This document shows, piece by piece, positions 39,779 through 47,847 of a stretch of DNA of 64,000 nucleotides (position 1 is its first letter; each line of letters opens with the position of its first letter). The stretch covers positions 45,401-109,400 of the forward strand of contig DBZZ01000076.1 of the NCBI GenBank assembly GCA_002311315.1. Direction: 5' to 3'. Both the position numbers and the translations under genes were made by a program. Below the pieces are notes generated by a model that ran no database searches, was not told the DNA's origin, and saw only the letters and a program-made list of their open reading frames with translations. The stretch comes from Methylococcaceae bacterium UBA1147 (GTDB taxonomy: Bacteria > Pseudomonadota > Gammaproteobacteria > Methylococcales > UBA1147).

Positions 39779-41230
39779 CTAGTCTTTTCGTCTCAGTCTG
39801 TTGCGTGACTCTTCCAACTTCGTCAATGAATTGGTCAGGCCTTTCCGGATCGCTTTCCCCGCATCCAGTAGCACCTTCAGCTCACGTTCCGGGATCCTGT
39901 AATTACCGACCACGTTGAATCCCGGGAAGTAAGATTTTTGCTTGCTGTCTGTCTTGGGACCTGCAAGCACCTTCCTTTTCGATAAGTCCAGTTCTACTGG
40001 TAGGCGAATTCGAATCTCAACAGCGTTGCCGCAAACGGGGCACTGGCCATCCCGGTGCGGCGTACTGCTCTTCCAGGTACAGACAGAACAGCGGCAAAAG
40101 TTCAGGTCCATGGACTTGCCATCCAGACCCGATTCGGGATCGGCCACGGAATCTTTATCAGGCTCCCAAACCTTCAACCCACGAACCTGCAGTTGACTGG
40201 CTGACTTGTACACCTCAACCGTGCTCCTCGGTTTCACATCGTCACCCACCGGTTTCTTTCCAGTTTCGACTCTACCGTTAACGGAACCGGTCAGCCTGCC
40301 ATAGGTTGAATCGGTTACGTAATGTTCCTGGTTGAACCTTCTAAGCTCCTCATGTACCTCCTCTGACGAAGGTCGTTTCAGAGGATTTTTGTCCAGCATT
40401 CTCTCAACCAGAAACATGACCGGCGCCAGCCCGGCACGTGTCGGTTCCGGCCACCTGAGTGGAATGCCATCGAGAACGGCTTCTCCAGGATAAGCATGAT
40501 CTGACGGATAGAAAGGCAGGCTTCCGGTCAGGTATTCGCAAAACGTAAGTCCCAGGGAAAATATATCCAGGGCCTGTAACAGGGCAGGATGACGGTCCTT
40601 TTTTTCTCCATCTCCACCCAGAACCCAATCGATCAGCTCAGGGGCCGAATACAACTGATCGCCCACAAGTTCATCCGGGGTCGGAGGATGTCCGACATAA
40701 AAGCCGGCATCGAAATCAATCAGGTTGGCAACGAAACCACTACCGAATTGCTGAATCATGAAGTTCTGGGGCTTGATGTCGGCATGTATGAACCCCGATG
40801 GTTCATGGAGTTTCCTGAGCGCGTAAGATGCCGACAGCAAAACCAGCATTTGGTTGCTCTCTGGCAGGATTGATACATCCACTTGCCGGGAATCTACCTT
40901 CCTGGTTACCTTGAAATAATTTCCGTCGTGCCGGAAAAAGTCAACGGCGCGCACAAGAAAACAACTATCTCCACGTCTGCTCAACATTAATTCCACGACT
41001 TCCATTCGAAACTCGAACGCCTGGCATCGATCCCGCTTGCGTTCCTTAGCCGTATCTGATCCCAGTCCACCCGTGTCCGGATAAACCGGGGTCAGGTAGC
41101 ATTTCAAAAAATAATCGCTTCCATCTTTACTGACGAATGTCCACATTGACGTACCGGCACCCGATGTTGTCATATCGGCAATTAGGGTATAGCCCTTCAG
41201 CGTGGTACCGGCAGTTAGATGTTTTGCCAT
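39779..41230 (-). CDS. Ser/Thr protein kinase with a C-terminal CxxC...CxxC zinc ribbon and a basic helical tail (TerY-P triad kinase)
   Basis: Hanks-type motifs: Gly-rich TSGAGTSMW, YFLKCY (Lys), the catalytic loop HADIKPQNFMI, LIDFDAGF (DFD in place of DFG), LYSAPE and DIFSLGLTFCEYLTG. The C-terminus has CRCSVCTWKSSTPHRDGQCPVCG. The ATG at 41230 overlaps the PP2C gene end by 16 nt. Confidence 0.85.
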   Translation of the reverse strand: MAKHLTAGTTLKGYTLIADMTTSGAGTSMWTFVSKDGSDYFLKCYLTPVYPDTGGLGSDTAKERKRDRCQAFEFRMEVVELMLSRRGDSCFLVRAVDFFRHDGNYFKVTRKVDSRQVDVSILPESNQMLVLLSASYALRKLHEPSGFIHADIKPQNFMIQQFGSGFVANLIDFDAGFYVGHPPTPDELVGDQLYSAPELIDWVLGGDGEKKDRHPALLQALDIFSLGLTFCEYLTGSLPFYPSDHAYPGEAVLDGIPLRWPEPTRAGLAPVMFLVERMLDKNPLKRPSSEEVHEELRRFNQEHYVTDSTYGRLTGSVNGRVETGKKPVGDDVKPRSTVEVYKSASQLQVRGLKVWEPDKDSVADPESGLDGKSMDLNFCRCSVCTWKSSTPHRDGQCPVCGNAVEIRIRLPVELDLSKRKVLAGPKTDSKQKSYFPGFNVVGNYRIPERELKVLLDAGKAIRKGLTNSLTKLEESRNRLRRKD

Positions 41231-42459
41231 AGCGATTTGAACCCGTTCCAGAAAACACGCGCCCAGAATATGATAGGCCCGCTCAGGATGGTTGCAAGAA
41301 CAAAGCCCAACAACCATGCGAGAAACAGTTCCCACGGTCTCGAGGCACCGGACCATCTAACCTGGAGCCTGGGAGGCTCTGTGGCCTCGGTTTCTTCCCG
41401 CACATCGTTACAGGATCCGTCCGCCATATCACTAGGCCGGCGACCCGGCAACGTTTCGTATACCGGCTGATAGATCTGCGACCAGACCTCCTCAGCTGTT
41501 AAATCGGCTGCCATGCAACGACCCAACAAGCCATGCGATGCATTGCTACGCCTCGAGCGCTTGAACTCACTGAAATTCTCCATGCCAACGGGGAAAACCG
41601 CGCACGAAACATCATCGGAACAACCATCCGCGAACCGCAACCTTAAACACTCGGTCCATGAATGCCATGATTCACTAGCCTCCAACGCTTGCTGCAATCC
41701 GGCCTCGAATTGCCATGGATTCTCGAACTCGGAATAACAGCCATCAGAACACAGGAACAAGACTCCGGGGCAGTCCAGGTAAAATTCGCAGAGGTTCAGG
41801 CGCCATTCCCGTTCCATGCTTGCCGCAAGAAACTGGCTCATGGGTGGAGGATCCAGAACCGATTGAAAGGCATCCGATCCTGTCAGATTATCGTCCCGAC
41901 TCAACTGGCGAAGCGCATTGGTCCCCAGGAAGTAGATTCTTGAATCCCCGATCCAGTAACATTCCACCCGACGAACCAATGAATCCCTGACCGGATGAAC
42001 AACGGCCACGGCCAGAGTGGTCGCCAACCTGTGCCGCCCGAGCGTACCGCGAACACGGCTTGGTGGCAGTTTGGTCTCCGACAGGTACCTCAGTTGTTTG
42101 AACACCAAGTTGGTGAGCGCTTCCGCATCGGCTTCGGCATCGGGGTTGGAATTCCTGAAGTAATCAACCACGGCATCAATTGCAGTCGAAGCCGCAATCT
42201 GGCCACCGCTTCGGTTGTCAAACCCCAGGGCATATCCCCCAAGGCCATCCGCCACACCCAGCAATAGCCGGTTTCCGGAAATCGCCTGGCATACCGGCTC
42301 TGCATCTTCGCAGCGGCTCAGGTCTTGCTGGCCAGCCAAATCTCGTGCCGCAGCGACACGAAACAGCAAAGAAACAGCCTTTACTGATTCGACAATTTCT
42401 TCATTAACCGGGGCTTGTTCGCCGACGCCATGCATCGCAACACCAGATCCAGGGCTCAT
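41215..42459 (-). CDS. PP2C-family Ser/Thr phosphatase with a C-terminal hydrophobic anchor (TerY-P triad phosphatase)
   Basis: PP2C motifs are LLGVADGLGG, TTLAVAVV, WIGDSRIY, LSRDDN and LFLCSDGCY. The C-terminal segment WELFLAWLLGFVLATILSGPIIFWARVFW looks transmembrane. Confidence 0.85.
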   Translation of the reverse strand: MSPGSGVAMHGVGEQAPVNEEIVESVKAVSLLFRVAAARDLAGQQDLSRCEDAEPVCQAISGNRLLLGVADGLGGYALGFDNRSGGQIAASTAIDAVVDYFRNSNPDAEADAEALTNLVFKQLRYLSETKLPPSRVRGTLGRHRLATTLAVAVVHPVRDSLVRRVECYWIGDSRIYFLGTNALRQLSRDDNLTGSDAFQSVLDPPPMSQFLAASMEREWRLNLCEFYLDCPGVLFLCSDGCYSEFENPWQFEAGLQQALEASESWHSWTECLRLRFADGCSDDVSCAVFPVGMENFSEFKRSRRSNASHGLLGRCMAADLTAEEVWSQIYQPVYETLPGRRPSDMADGSCNDVREETEATEPPRLQVRWSGASRPWELFLAWLLGFVLATILSGPIIFWARVFWNGFKSLWQNI

Positions 42460-42491
42460 CCACCAATTCTTGAAAACCGGTACAGATCCAT

Positions 42492-43163
42492 CTAGATACT
42501 GTTTCCAATCGCTTCGAGAATGGTATCCATGTCATGCTCCGCAAGACCTTCTCCGGCGATCGAAGGGAAATAAATGGTCTGATCCCAGTTGTGCCCGATC
42601 TGGTTCCAGGGTTGCGTATCCGGCGCATAGAGTAGAAGTCGCCGACTTGTCACTGGCAACTCTTCCCACAGATCGGTCAATTCATCCAGGTTTCCCGGCA
42701 TATTTTCCGGGTAGTTCGGCGGCATTGATTCCTTCGCCCTTTCCAGAGGATGAGCTGTGGCATCCGTCCACAAAACAACAATGTTCCGTTTTTTCGATCT
42801 CGGGTTTTTGAACCATGGCGACTGTAAGCCCAGGGCGAGTCCTTCCAGTCCGCTTTCCGGCTCATCGCCTCCGCCATCGGCCCAGAGTTCGTTGACAAAA
42901 GAGTCGAACTGGTCCGCATCTGTTTTCATGTCGATGAAATCGGGCATTGCCTTGATTGGCTCCCGATCCGCCCAAAAATCACGGAAAGACACGACCCGCA
43001 TGCGCAAGCGATTGATTACTTTTTTCTTTGCTTCCATGCGGCCCATTATTTTTCCATGAAATTCAAGAGCCTGTGATTTGACCCGGTTAATCACCGGTCT
43101 CATGCTGGCCGTACTGTCAATCACTAGTACGATGTCAACGAAATATGCAAGCCGATTGGCCAT
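42492..43163 (-). CDS. von Willebrand factor A domain protein (TerY-like)
   Basis: MIDAS motif DIVLVIDSTASM (DxSxS), with downstream GGGDEPESGLEGL and VVLWTDA. The ATG at 43163 is preceded by AAGGGAGG at good spacing. The ORF track start at 43190 is less likely. Confidence 0.85.
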   Translation of the reverse strand: MANRLAYFVDIVLVIDSTASMRPVINRVKSQALEFHGKIMGRMEAKKKVINRLRMRVVSFRDFWADREPIKAMPDFIDMKTDADQFDSFVNELWADGGGDEPESGLEGLALGLQSPWFKNPRSKKRNIVVLWTDATAHPLERAKESMPPNYPENMPGNLDELTDLWEELPVTSRRLLLYAPDTQPWNQIGHNWDQTIYFPSIAGEGLAEHDMDTILEAIGNSI

Positions 43164-43572
43164 AGTTCCTCCCTTTAGTTCTACCGTCATACCGTTTTGA
43201 ATATCGGGACATTACCCACCCTCTGGCCCCAATTTCTGGCAGTGGTCCGCACTGGCAGGTCAAAGGCCTGAATCGCTTTCACAAATTCGAAGAAACGATG
43301 ATAGGCACTCACAGCAACTCGACAGCCGGGTCCACCGGATATTCCTCTTCGTCAGACACGCCGTAGCAACTATTCGGCGCAACAAGCGGGAATATTCAGA
43401 GCTTTCGATCGAATTGTAACTCCACCACCTGTTGATGGCTACCGATTGAGGAAGGTTCAAAATCACCTGAAACATTCGAGTTTCTGGATTTTTTAGAAAT
43501 CCCCGCTAAGTCGTTGGTGAGCCGACATTACTTGCATGCCTTTAAAAAAGAAGCGGTAATCAGAGAAGCCTA

Positions 43573-43648
43573 GAGTGATACTCCCTTAGCAGGGGAGCAT
43601 CGGTTAATGGCCCACAAGTTCATGGGTTCGATTCCCATCACCCATGCA
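43573..43648 (+). other. tRNA-like relic (T arm and acceptor 3' half intact, D arm possible, anticodon stem not foldable)
   Basis: ATGGG-TTCGATT-CCCAT (43622-43638) is a canonical T arm. It is followed by CACCCAT-G. TCCC/GGGA could form a D stem at the right distance. I found no matching 5' acceptor strand, and only 3 of 5 pairs form in the anticodon stem. Confidence 0.3.
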
Positions 43649-43883
43649 TATCCTATGAAACCCAGTAAACACGAGGCATCCAGCCCAAGATTACTTCCAT
43701 TTATGCTGTATACAGCCCCTACTAGTATGTAGACGAACATAAGTAGTAATCGGAAGGGAGCCAAGCTTACAGGGAAACAAGCCATTTGCGCAGGATCGGC
43801 AGATCCAGGCGTCGCTTGTCAAGATTGGATGAATGTATTCCGATTCCTACCCGATCCACAACCAGAAAAATGACCGGCAAGCG

Positions 43884-43918
43884 AAAAGAAAAAAGGGCCG
43901 CAAAGATTTTCGCGGCCC
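43884..43918 (-). terminator. Rho-independent terminator after tRNA-Gln
   Basis: The minus strand reads GGGCCGC-gaaaatcttt-GCGGCCC followed by TTTTTTCTTTTC. It lies about 10 nt downstream of the tRNA 3' end. Confidence 0.75.
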
Positions 43919-43928
43919 CTTGATGTTA

Positions 43929-44002
43929 TGGCTGGGGGAGAGGGATTCGAACCCCCGTTGACGGAGTCAGAGTCCGTAGTCCTACCACTGGACGATCCCC
44001 CA
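43929..44002 (-). tRNA. tRNA-Gln (anticodon CUG)
   Basis: The reverse complement folds by hand into a cloverleaf: acceptor TGGGGGA/TCCCCCA with U1-A72, discriminator G and encoded CCA; D stem GTCC/GGAC; anticodon stem ACGGA/TCCGT with loop CT-CTG-AC; T arm GGGGG-TTCGAAT-CCCTC. Confidence 0.9.
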
Positions 44003-44052
44003 CCAATTCGACAGACTTGCCCGGGGTTTGCCCGATGACAACCCCAATTCGA

Positions 44053-44445
44053 TTAACGTTTCGAGTATTGTGGCCGCTTTCTGGCCTTGTGCAACCCGAC
44101 TTTCTTCCTTTCGACAATACGCGAATCGCGGGTAACATATCCTGCCTTGCGCAAAGGACTCCGGTAATTCTCATCGAAATCAATCAGCGCACGGGTAATG
44201 CCGTGCCGAATCGCACCGGCCTGACCGGAAGGCCCACCGCCTGTGACCTTGATATCGAAATCAAACTTTTCGCTCGCTTCGACACATTCGAGAGCCTGTC
44301 TAGCAATCATCCGGTCAGTCTTCCTGCCAAAATAATCATCCAGTAGTTTCTTGTTGACGGTGATGCGTCCGTTGCCGGTTTTCGCATACACGCTTGCAAT
44401 CGCACTCTTGCGACGACCCGTTCCGTAATATTGTGCTTCGGCCAT
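44053..44445 (-). CDS. rpsI: 30S ribosomal protein S9
   Basis: 130 aa with [14 protein letters not shown]...[19 protein letters not shown]...[24 protein letters not shown]. Confidence 0.95.
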   Translation of the reverse strand: MAEAQYYGTGRRKSAIASVYAKTGNGRITVNKKLLDDYFGRKTDRMIARQALECVEASEKFDFDIKVTGGGPSGQAGAIRHGITRALIDFDENYRSPLRKAGYVTRDSRIVERKKVGLHKARKRPQYSKR

Positions 44446-44470
44446 AAATCTAGTTCGCTTAAGAATAAAG

Positions 44471-44899
44471 TTAGATGTTCAGTTCTTTGGGCTGCTGTGC
44501 CTGATGACTGTGTTCGGAACCCTTGTAGACCTTGAGTTTCCGAAACATTGCACGTCCCAGAGGATTCTTGGGCAACATGCCTTTGACCGCATTCTGAATG
44601 ATTCTTTCAGGATGCGTGCCGCGTAGCTTGCCAAGACTCACAGATTTCAGGTGCCCGATGTAGCCCGTATGATGATGGTATATTTTATCTTTTTCCTTGT
44701 TACCGGTCACTCGCACTTTTTCGGCGTTTACAACGACGATGTAGTCTCCGGTATCAACATGGGGCGTATATTCTGGCTTATGCTTACCACGCAGCCGCCG
44801 CGCAATTTCAGACGCGAGACGACCCAGGGTTTTCCCGTCAGCGTCGACGACGAACCAGTCCCGCTTCACTTCAGCAGGCTTGGCGCTAAAAGTTTTCAT
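44471..44899 (-). CDS. rplM: 50S ribosomal protein L13
   Basis: [56 protein letters not shown]... I chose the start at the internal ATG 44899. Confidence 0.95.
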   Translation of the reverse strand: MKTFSAKPAEVKRDWFVVDADGKTLGRLASEIARRLRGKHKPEYTPHVDTGDYIVVVNAEKVRVTGNKEKDKIYHHHTGYIGHLKSVSLGKLRGTHPERIIQNAVKGMLPKNPLGRAMFRKLKVYKGSEHSHQAQQPKELNI

Positions 44900-45034
44900 T
44901 CTGGCTAGGCTCCGTAAACCACATTCAAAGGGCGGGAATTGTACTGGCATTTTAGGGACGATGCAAGAGACAATTCCACTGGAAAGGCTCCGGATCCGGT
45001 GACGCCTGGCTGGGCCGAAAAACAGACAGCCAAG

Positions 45035-45340
45035 TCACCTGAACCAGGACTGCACTGGACCATTTTCGACCGCAAGAGTCACGAAACCCGGGTAGTCAAT
45101 TATCTGGACACATTGTAACAGACTGGCGGCACCGATTCCCCGGGTTTTCAGATCCGGCAGCAAAGCATAGATTTCAACCACTTCGGCAAAAGAGTCTATT
45201 TCACACGCAGCAGGTGCCCCACGCTCCACGGCGCAAACGCCGTTCTCGATGAACAGCAAGACGTCCTTCGGTGCCATCCGGCTCAGAATCCGTTTGGCAG
45301 CCTCGGCTTCCGAAAAGGGGAAATTAACCAGATGCAGCAT
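45035..45340 (-). CDS. tusB: Sulfurtransferase complex subunit TusB / DsrH family
   Basis: 101 aa, MLHLVNFPF... It is last in a three-gene DsrE/F/H-family operon with 1-4 nt overlaps. Confidence 0.7.
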   Translation of the reverse strand: MLHLVNFPFSEAEAAKRILSRMAPKDVLLFIENGVCAVERGAPAACEIDSFAEVVEIYALLPDLKTRGIGAASLLQCVQIIDYPGFVTLAVENGPVQSWFR

Positions 45341-45699
45341 CAGACATTGACGATTACAGTCTGCCGCCTCATTAGAGCCCCGACATCCGATCTGGGCAGA
45401 ATATCAACTGCCAAGCCCAAATCGCCGGACCGCAAACCGCGACCGGCCAGGGATTCTTGCTCTACGTACACAGAATCAATGTCGTAGATCTCGAGCGAAT
45501 CGAATATTGCGCTGACATCCCTGCATTCCCGACTTTCCGGCTTTTGCCCGACTCGCAGGGAATAAACACCATCGTCGATCAGCAACAATGAGACATTCTG
45601 ATCGAATGCAGCAGCGGTCAAGGTCATGTCCAGCATTTCCAGAACATGCAGGCTCGAATGCGGGGGGCGCGAAAAGACGAACAGGAAAGCCGATGTCAC
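45340..45699 (-). CDS. tusC: Sulfurtransferase complex subunit TusC / DsrF family
   Basis: 119 aa with a DsrE-fold pattern (FLFVFSRPPHSS...AAAFDQNVSLLLIDDGV). It is the middle gene of the operon. Confidence 0.72.
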   Translation of the reverse strand: MTSAFLFVFSRPPHSSLHVLEMLDMTLTAAAFDQNVSLLLIDDGVYSLRVGQKPESRECRDVSAIFDSLEIYDIDSVYVEQESLAGRGLRSGDLGLAVDILPRSDVGALMRRQTVIVNV

Positions 45700-46124
45700 G
45701 AGTCACCTCCGAAGGTCAAGGTGCGATCCGCCTTGATCGCGGCATCTACCCACTGACCAAGACCGGAAATCCTGAACCCCTTTGCAACCAGACCTTGCAA
45801 GGAGTCATTGTCGGATTCATTATGAGCCCACCCTCTCCGCTGCACTGCCGATACGCACACCACCAGATCAATCTTCTTCTGCGCCGCAAGTGTCGTCCAG
45901 AGGCCCACCACGTTTTTCTCATCCTCGGGTGGAGCAGAATAGCCCAGCGCATTGTATACACCGTCAAAATAGAAGAATACCCGGTCGACCTCATGGCCGA
46001 GTTGCATCGCAGCCTTGGCAAAGCGATAGGCTGTCTCCGAACCCTGGGACGAATAAGGGGCCGAATTGACTTGTAGCGCAAATTTTAATTGTTTTACTCG
46101 CTGGAAAACCATTCCACCACGCAT
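45696..46124 (-). CDS. tusD: Sulfurtransferase complex subunit TusD / DsrE family
   Basis: LKFALQVNSAPYSSQGSETAYRFAKAA...VFFYFDGV...DLVVCVSAVQRRG carries the conserved Cys. The start is 46124 or 46112. Confidence 0.72.
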   Translation of the reverse strand: MRGGMVFQRVKQLKFALQVNSAPYSSQGSETAYRFAKAAMQLGHEVDRVFFYFDGVYNALGYSAPPEDEKNVVGLWTTLAAQKKIDLVVCVSAVQRRGWAHNESDNDSLQGLVAKGFRISGLGQWVDAAIKADRTLTFGGDS

Positions 46125-46327
46125 TGACCCGCAGCAACTTGCTTGAGGCTATAATCATTTCCTGAATCGATGACCGTGTAAAGTATCGCCGAAAATTGTC
46201 ACGCACCGAGTGTCCGATTCACCGCAAACGTCGAAGATAGAAAACCCAAATCCGGAATCGCCATTACCCACCTGGCCAACAACCAGGAAATCGTCCAAAC
46301 CACATCCATGATCATCAAAACTGATTC

Positions 46328-47836
46328 ATGAACCCATCGAAATCATCCATCTCTTTCGTCTGGATGCTGAAAACGTTGAAGAATCCCCGTTGTATTCTGG
46401 CTGCTATTACCCTGGGGTTCGGGCTACTGGCAACATTCCCGTCGTTCGGGCAGAACAACATCTCTCTGCCGGAGATCGGCGACCCGTCAGGCGCCCTGAT
46501 TACCCCGACGCAGGAACGAGCACTCGGAGAAGCCTTTTTCCGGAACCTTCATGGAAAGCTCACGATCAACCAGGATCTGGAAATTCAGGAATATATCGAA
46601 TCCCTGGGACAGCGTCTGTCAAGCAACAGTGACAACCCTGCACAGCCGTTCCATTTTTTCGTGGTGGTTAACCCCGCGATCAATGCCTTCGCCGGTCCCG
46701 GGGGTTACATCGGTGTCAACGCCGGGCTAATTCTGGCAACCGAAACGGAAAGCGAACTGGCGTCGGTCGTTGCCCACGAAATTGCCCATGTAACCCAGCG
46801 TCATCTTTACCGCGCCTTCGAAGCTGCAAGCCGCATGACCATACCCTCAGCAGCTGCGCTGCTGGTCAGCGTACTGATCGGAACCCAGTCTGCACAACTC
46901 GGACAGGCTGCCATCATTGCCGCCCAAGCCGGAAGCGCTCAGCACCGGATCGACTTTACACGAGATAATGAACAGGAGGCCGACCGTGTCGGCATGCATA
47001 ACCTGGCGCGATCCGATTTCGATCCGCGGGGCATGCCTGCATTCTTCGAACGACTGGACAGAACCAGCCGTTACTATCGCGATGGTCTGCCCGAATTCCT
47101 CCGAACCCACCCGGTTACCGCCTCACGGATTTCGGACACCCGCGGCCGCTCGGAGAAATTCCCCTACAGACAGTTTCTCGATTCGACAGGATACCTGTTG
47201 ACAAAAGCGAAACTTAGAGTGTTGATAGGTTCGAAGCCTAATGAAATCATCCAGTATTTCGAAAGCAAACTACAGCGCGGGACGGCGATCCAGAAAGCCG
47301 TATCGCATTACGGCTATGCCCTTGGCCTGGCGGCAGTCCGGCAATACGATAGGGCTCGCCCGGTGCTCAAGGAGCTAATCGATAAAAATCCGGACGAATC
47401 GGCTTTCATCAATGCCTTAGCCGGAATGGAAGTCGAATCCGGGAACATCAGAACCGGCCTTCGTTTGTACAGAAAGGCCTTGGAACAGTCTCCGGGGCAA
47501 CAGGTAATCGTGCTGGATTATGCCTGGGCACTGGTTCAGGCCGGACAGAACAAACCAGCAGACAAGCTGCTGACTGACTATCTGCGAAATCACCAGGCGA
47601 CTCCAAAGAGCTATCGCATCCTGTCACGTGCCCATGGAAACCAGGGGCATAACGCGCAAGCTCATCGTTACCTTGCCGAGGCTTATTTCCTGGCAGGGCA
47701 GACAGAACCGGCAATCAAACACGTCCAGATTGCATTGAAGGAAGCTTCCGGGCACCGCTATCTCACCGCCTTGATCGAAGAACGGCTGGATGTGTTTTCC
47801 AGGGAAGAAGAAGAGCGGGAAAAGAAGGAAAAATAA
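46328..47836 (+). CDS. bepA: Periplasmic M48 metalloprotease with TPR repeats (BepA/YfgC-like)
   Basis: Signal peptide, zinc motif VVAHEIAHVTQRH, a downstream EQEADRVG and a TPR-like C-terminal half. Confidence 0.75.
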   Translation: MNPSKSSISFVWMLKTLKNPRCILAAITLGFGLLATFPSFGQNNISLPEIGDPSGALITPTQERALGEAFFRNLHGKLTINQDLEIQEYIESLGQRLSSNSDNPAQPFHFFVVVNPAINAFAGPGGYIGVNAGLILATETESELASVVAHEIAHVTQRHLYRAFEAASRMTIPSAAALLVSVLIGTQSAQLGQAAIIAAQAGSAQHRIDFTRDNEQEADRVGMHNLARSDFDPRGMPAFFERLDRTSRYYRDGLPEFLRTHPVTASRISDTRGRSEKFPYRQFLDSTGYLLTKAKLRVLIGSKPNEIIQYFESKLQRGTAIQKAVSHYGYALGLAAVRQYDRARPVLKELIDKNPDESAFINALAGMEVESGNIRTGLRLYRKALEQSPGQQVIVLDYAWALVQAGQNKPADKLLTDYLRNHQATPKSYRILSRAHGNQGHNAQAHRYLAEAYFLAGQTEPAIKHVQIALKEASGHRYLTALIEERLDVFSREEEEREKKEK

Positions 47837-47847
47837 AGGAAACAGCG

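Noticed and set aside
42215-42811. A 198-aa plus-strand ORF spans the PP2C/vWA junction and could be a hidden fourth gene of the triad.
   Set aside because: It is antisense to two well-supported genes. It is Pro/Ser/Arg-rich low-complexity sequence with no ribosome-binding site or motif.
39779-43163. Is the triad compositionally foreign (a GC shift), as evidence of recent horizontal transfer?
   Set aside because: Hand counts of sample lines inside the triad (about 48-57 percent GC) are indistinguishable from the flanking core genes. Composition gives no support either way. A proper sliding-window GC and codon-usage calculation is needed.
43573-43648. Could the tRNA-like element be a functional second tRNA, for example an unusual or suppressor tRNA with a TTAAT anticodon loop?
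   Set aside because: The anticodon stem forms only 3 of 5 pairs. No complementary 5' acceptor strand is present, and the D loop lacks the conserved GG. It is kept only as a low-confidence relic.
43260-43785. Two 71-aa minus-strand ORFs (43260-43475 and 43570-43785) lie upstream of the vWA gene and could be extra triad components.
   Set aside because: They have no Shine-Dalgarno sequence and odd composition. One overlaps the tRNA-like relic. I see no motif, so they are probably non-coding.
46125-46160. A TATAAT box at about 46147 upstream of bepA could be a promoter.
   Set aside because: The best -35 candidate (TTGACC) is 20 nt away and there is no proper extended -10. The support is too weak to list as a feature.
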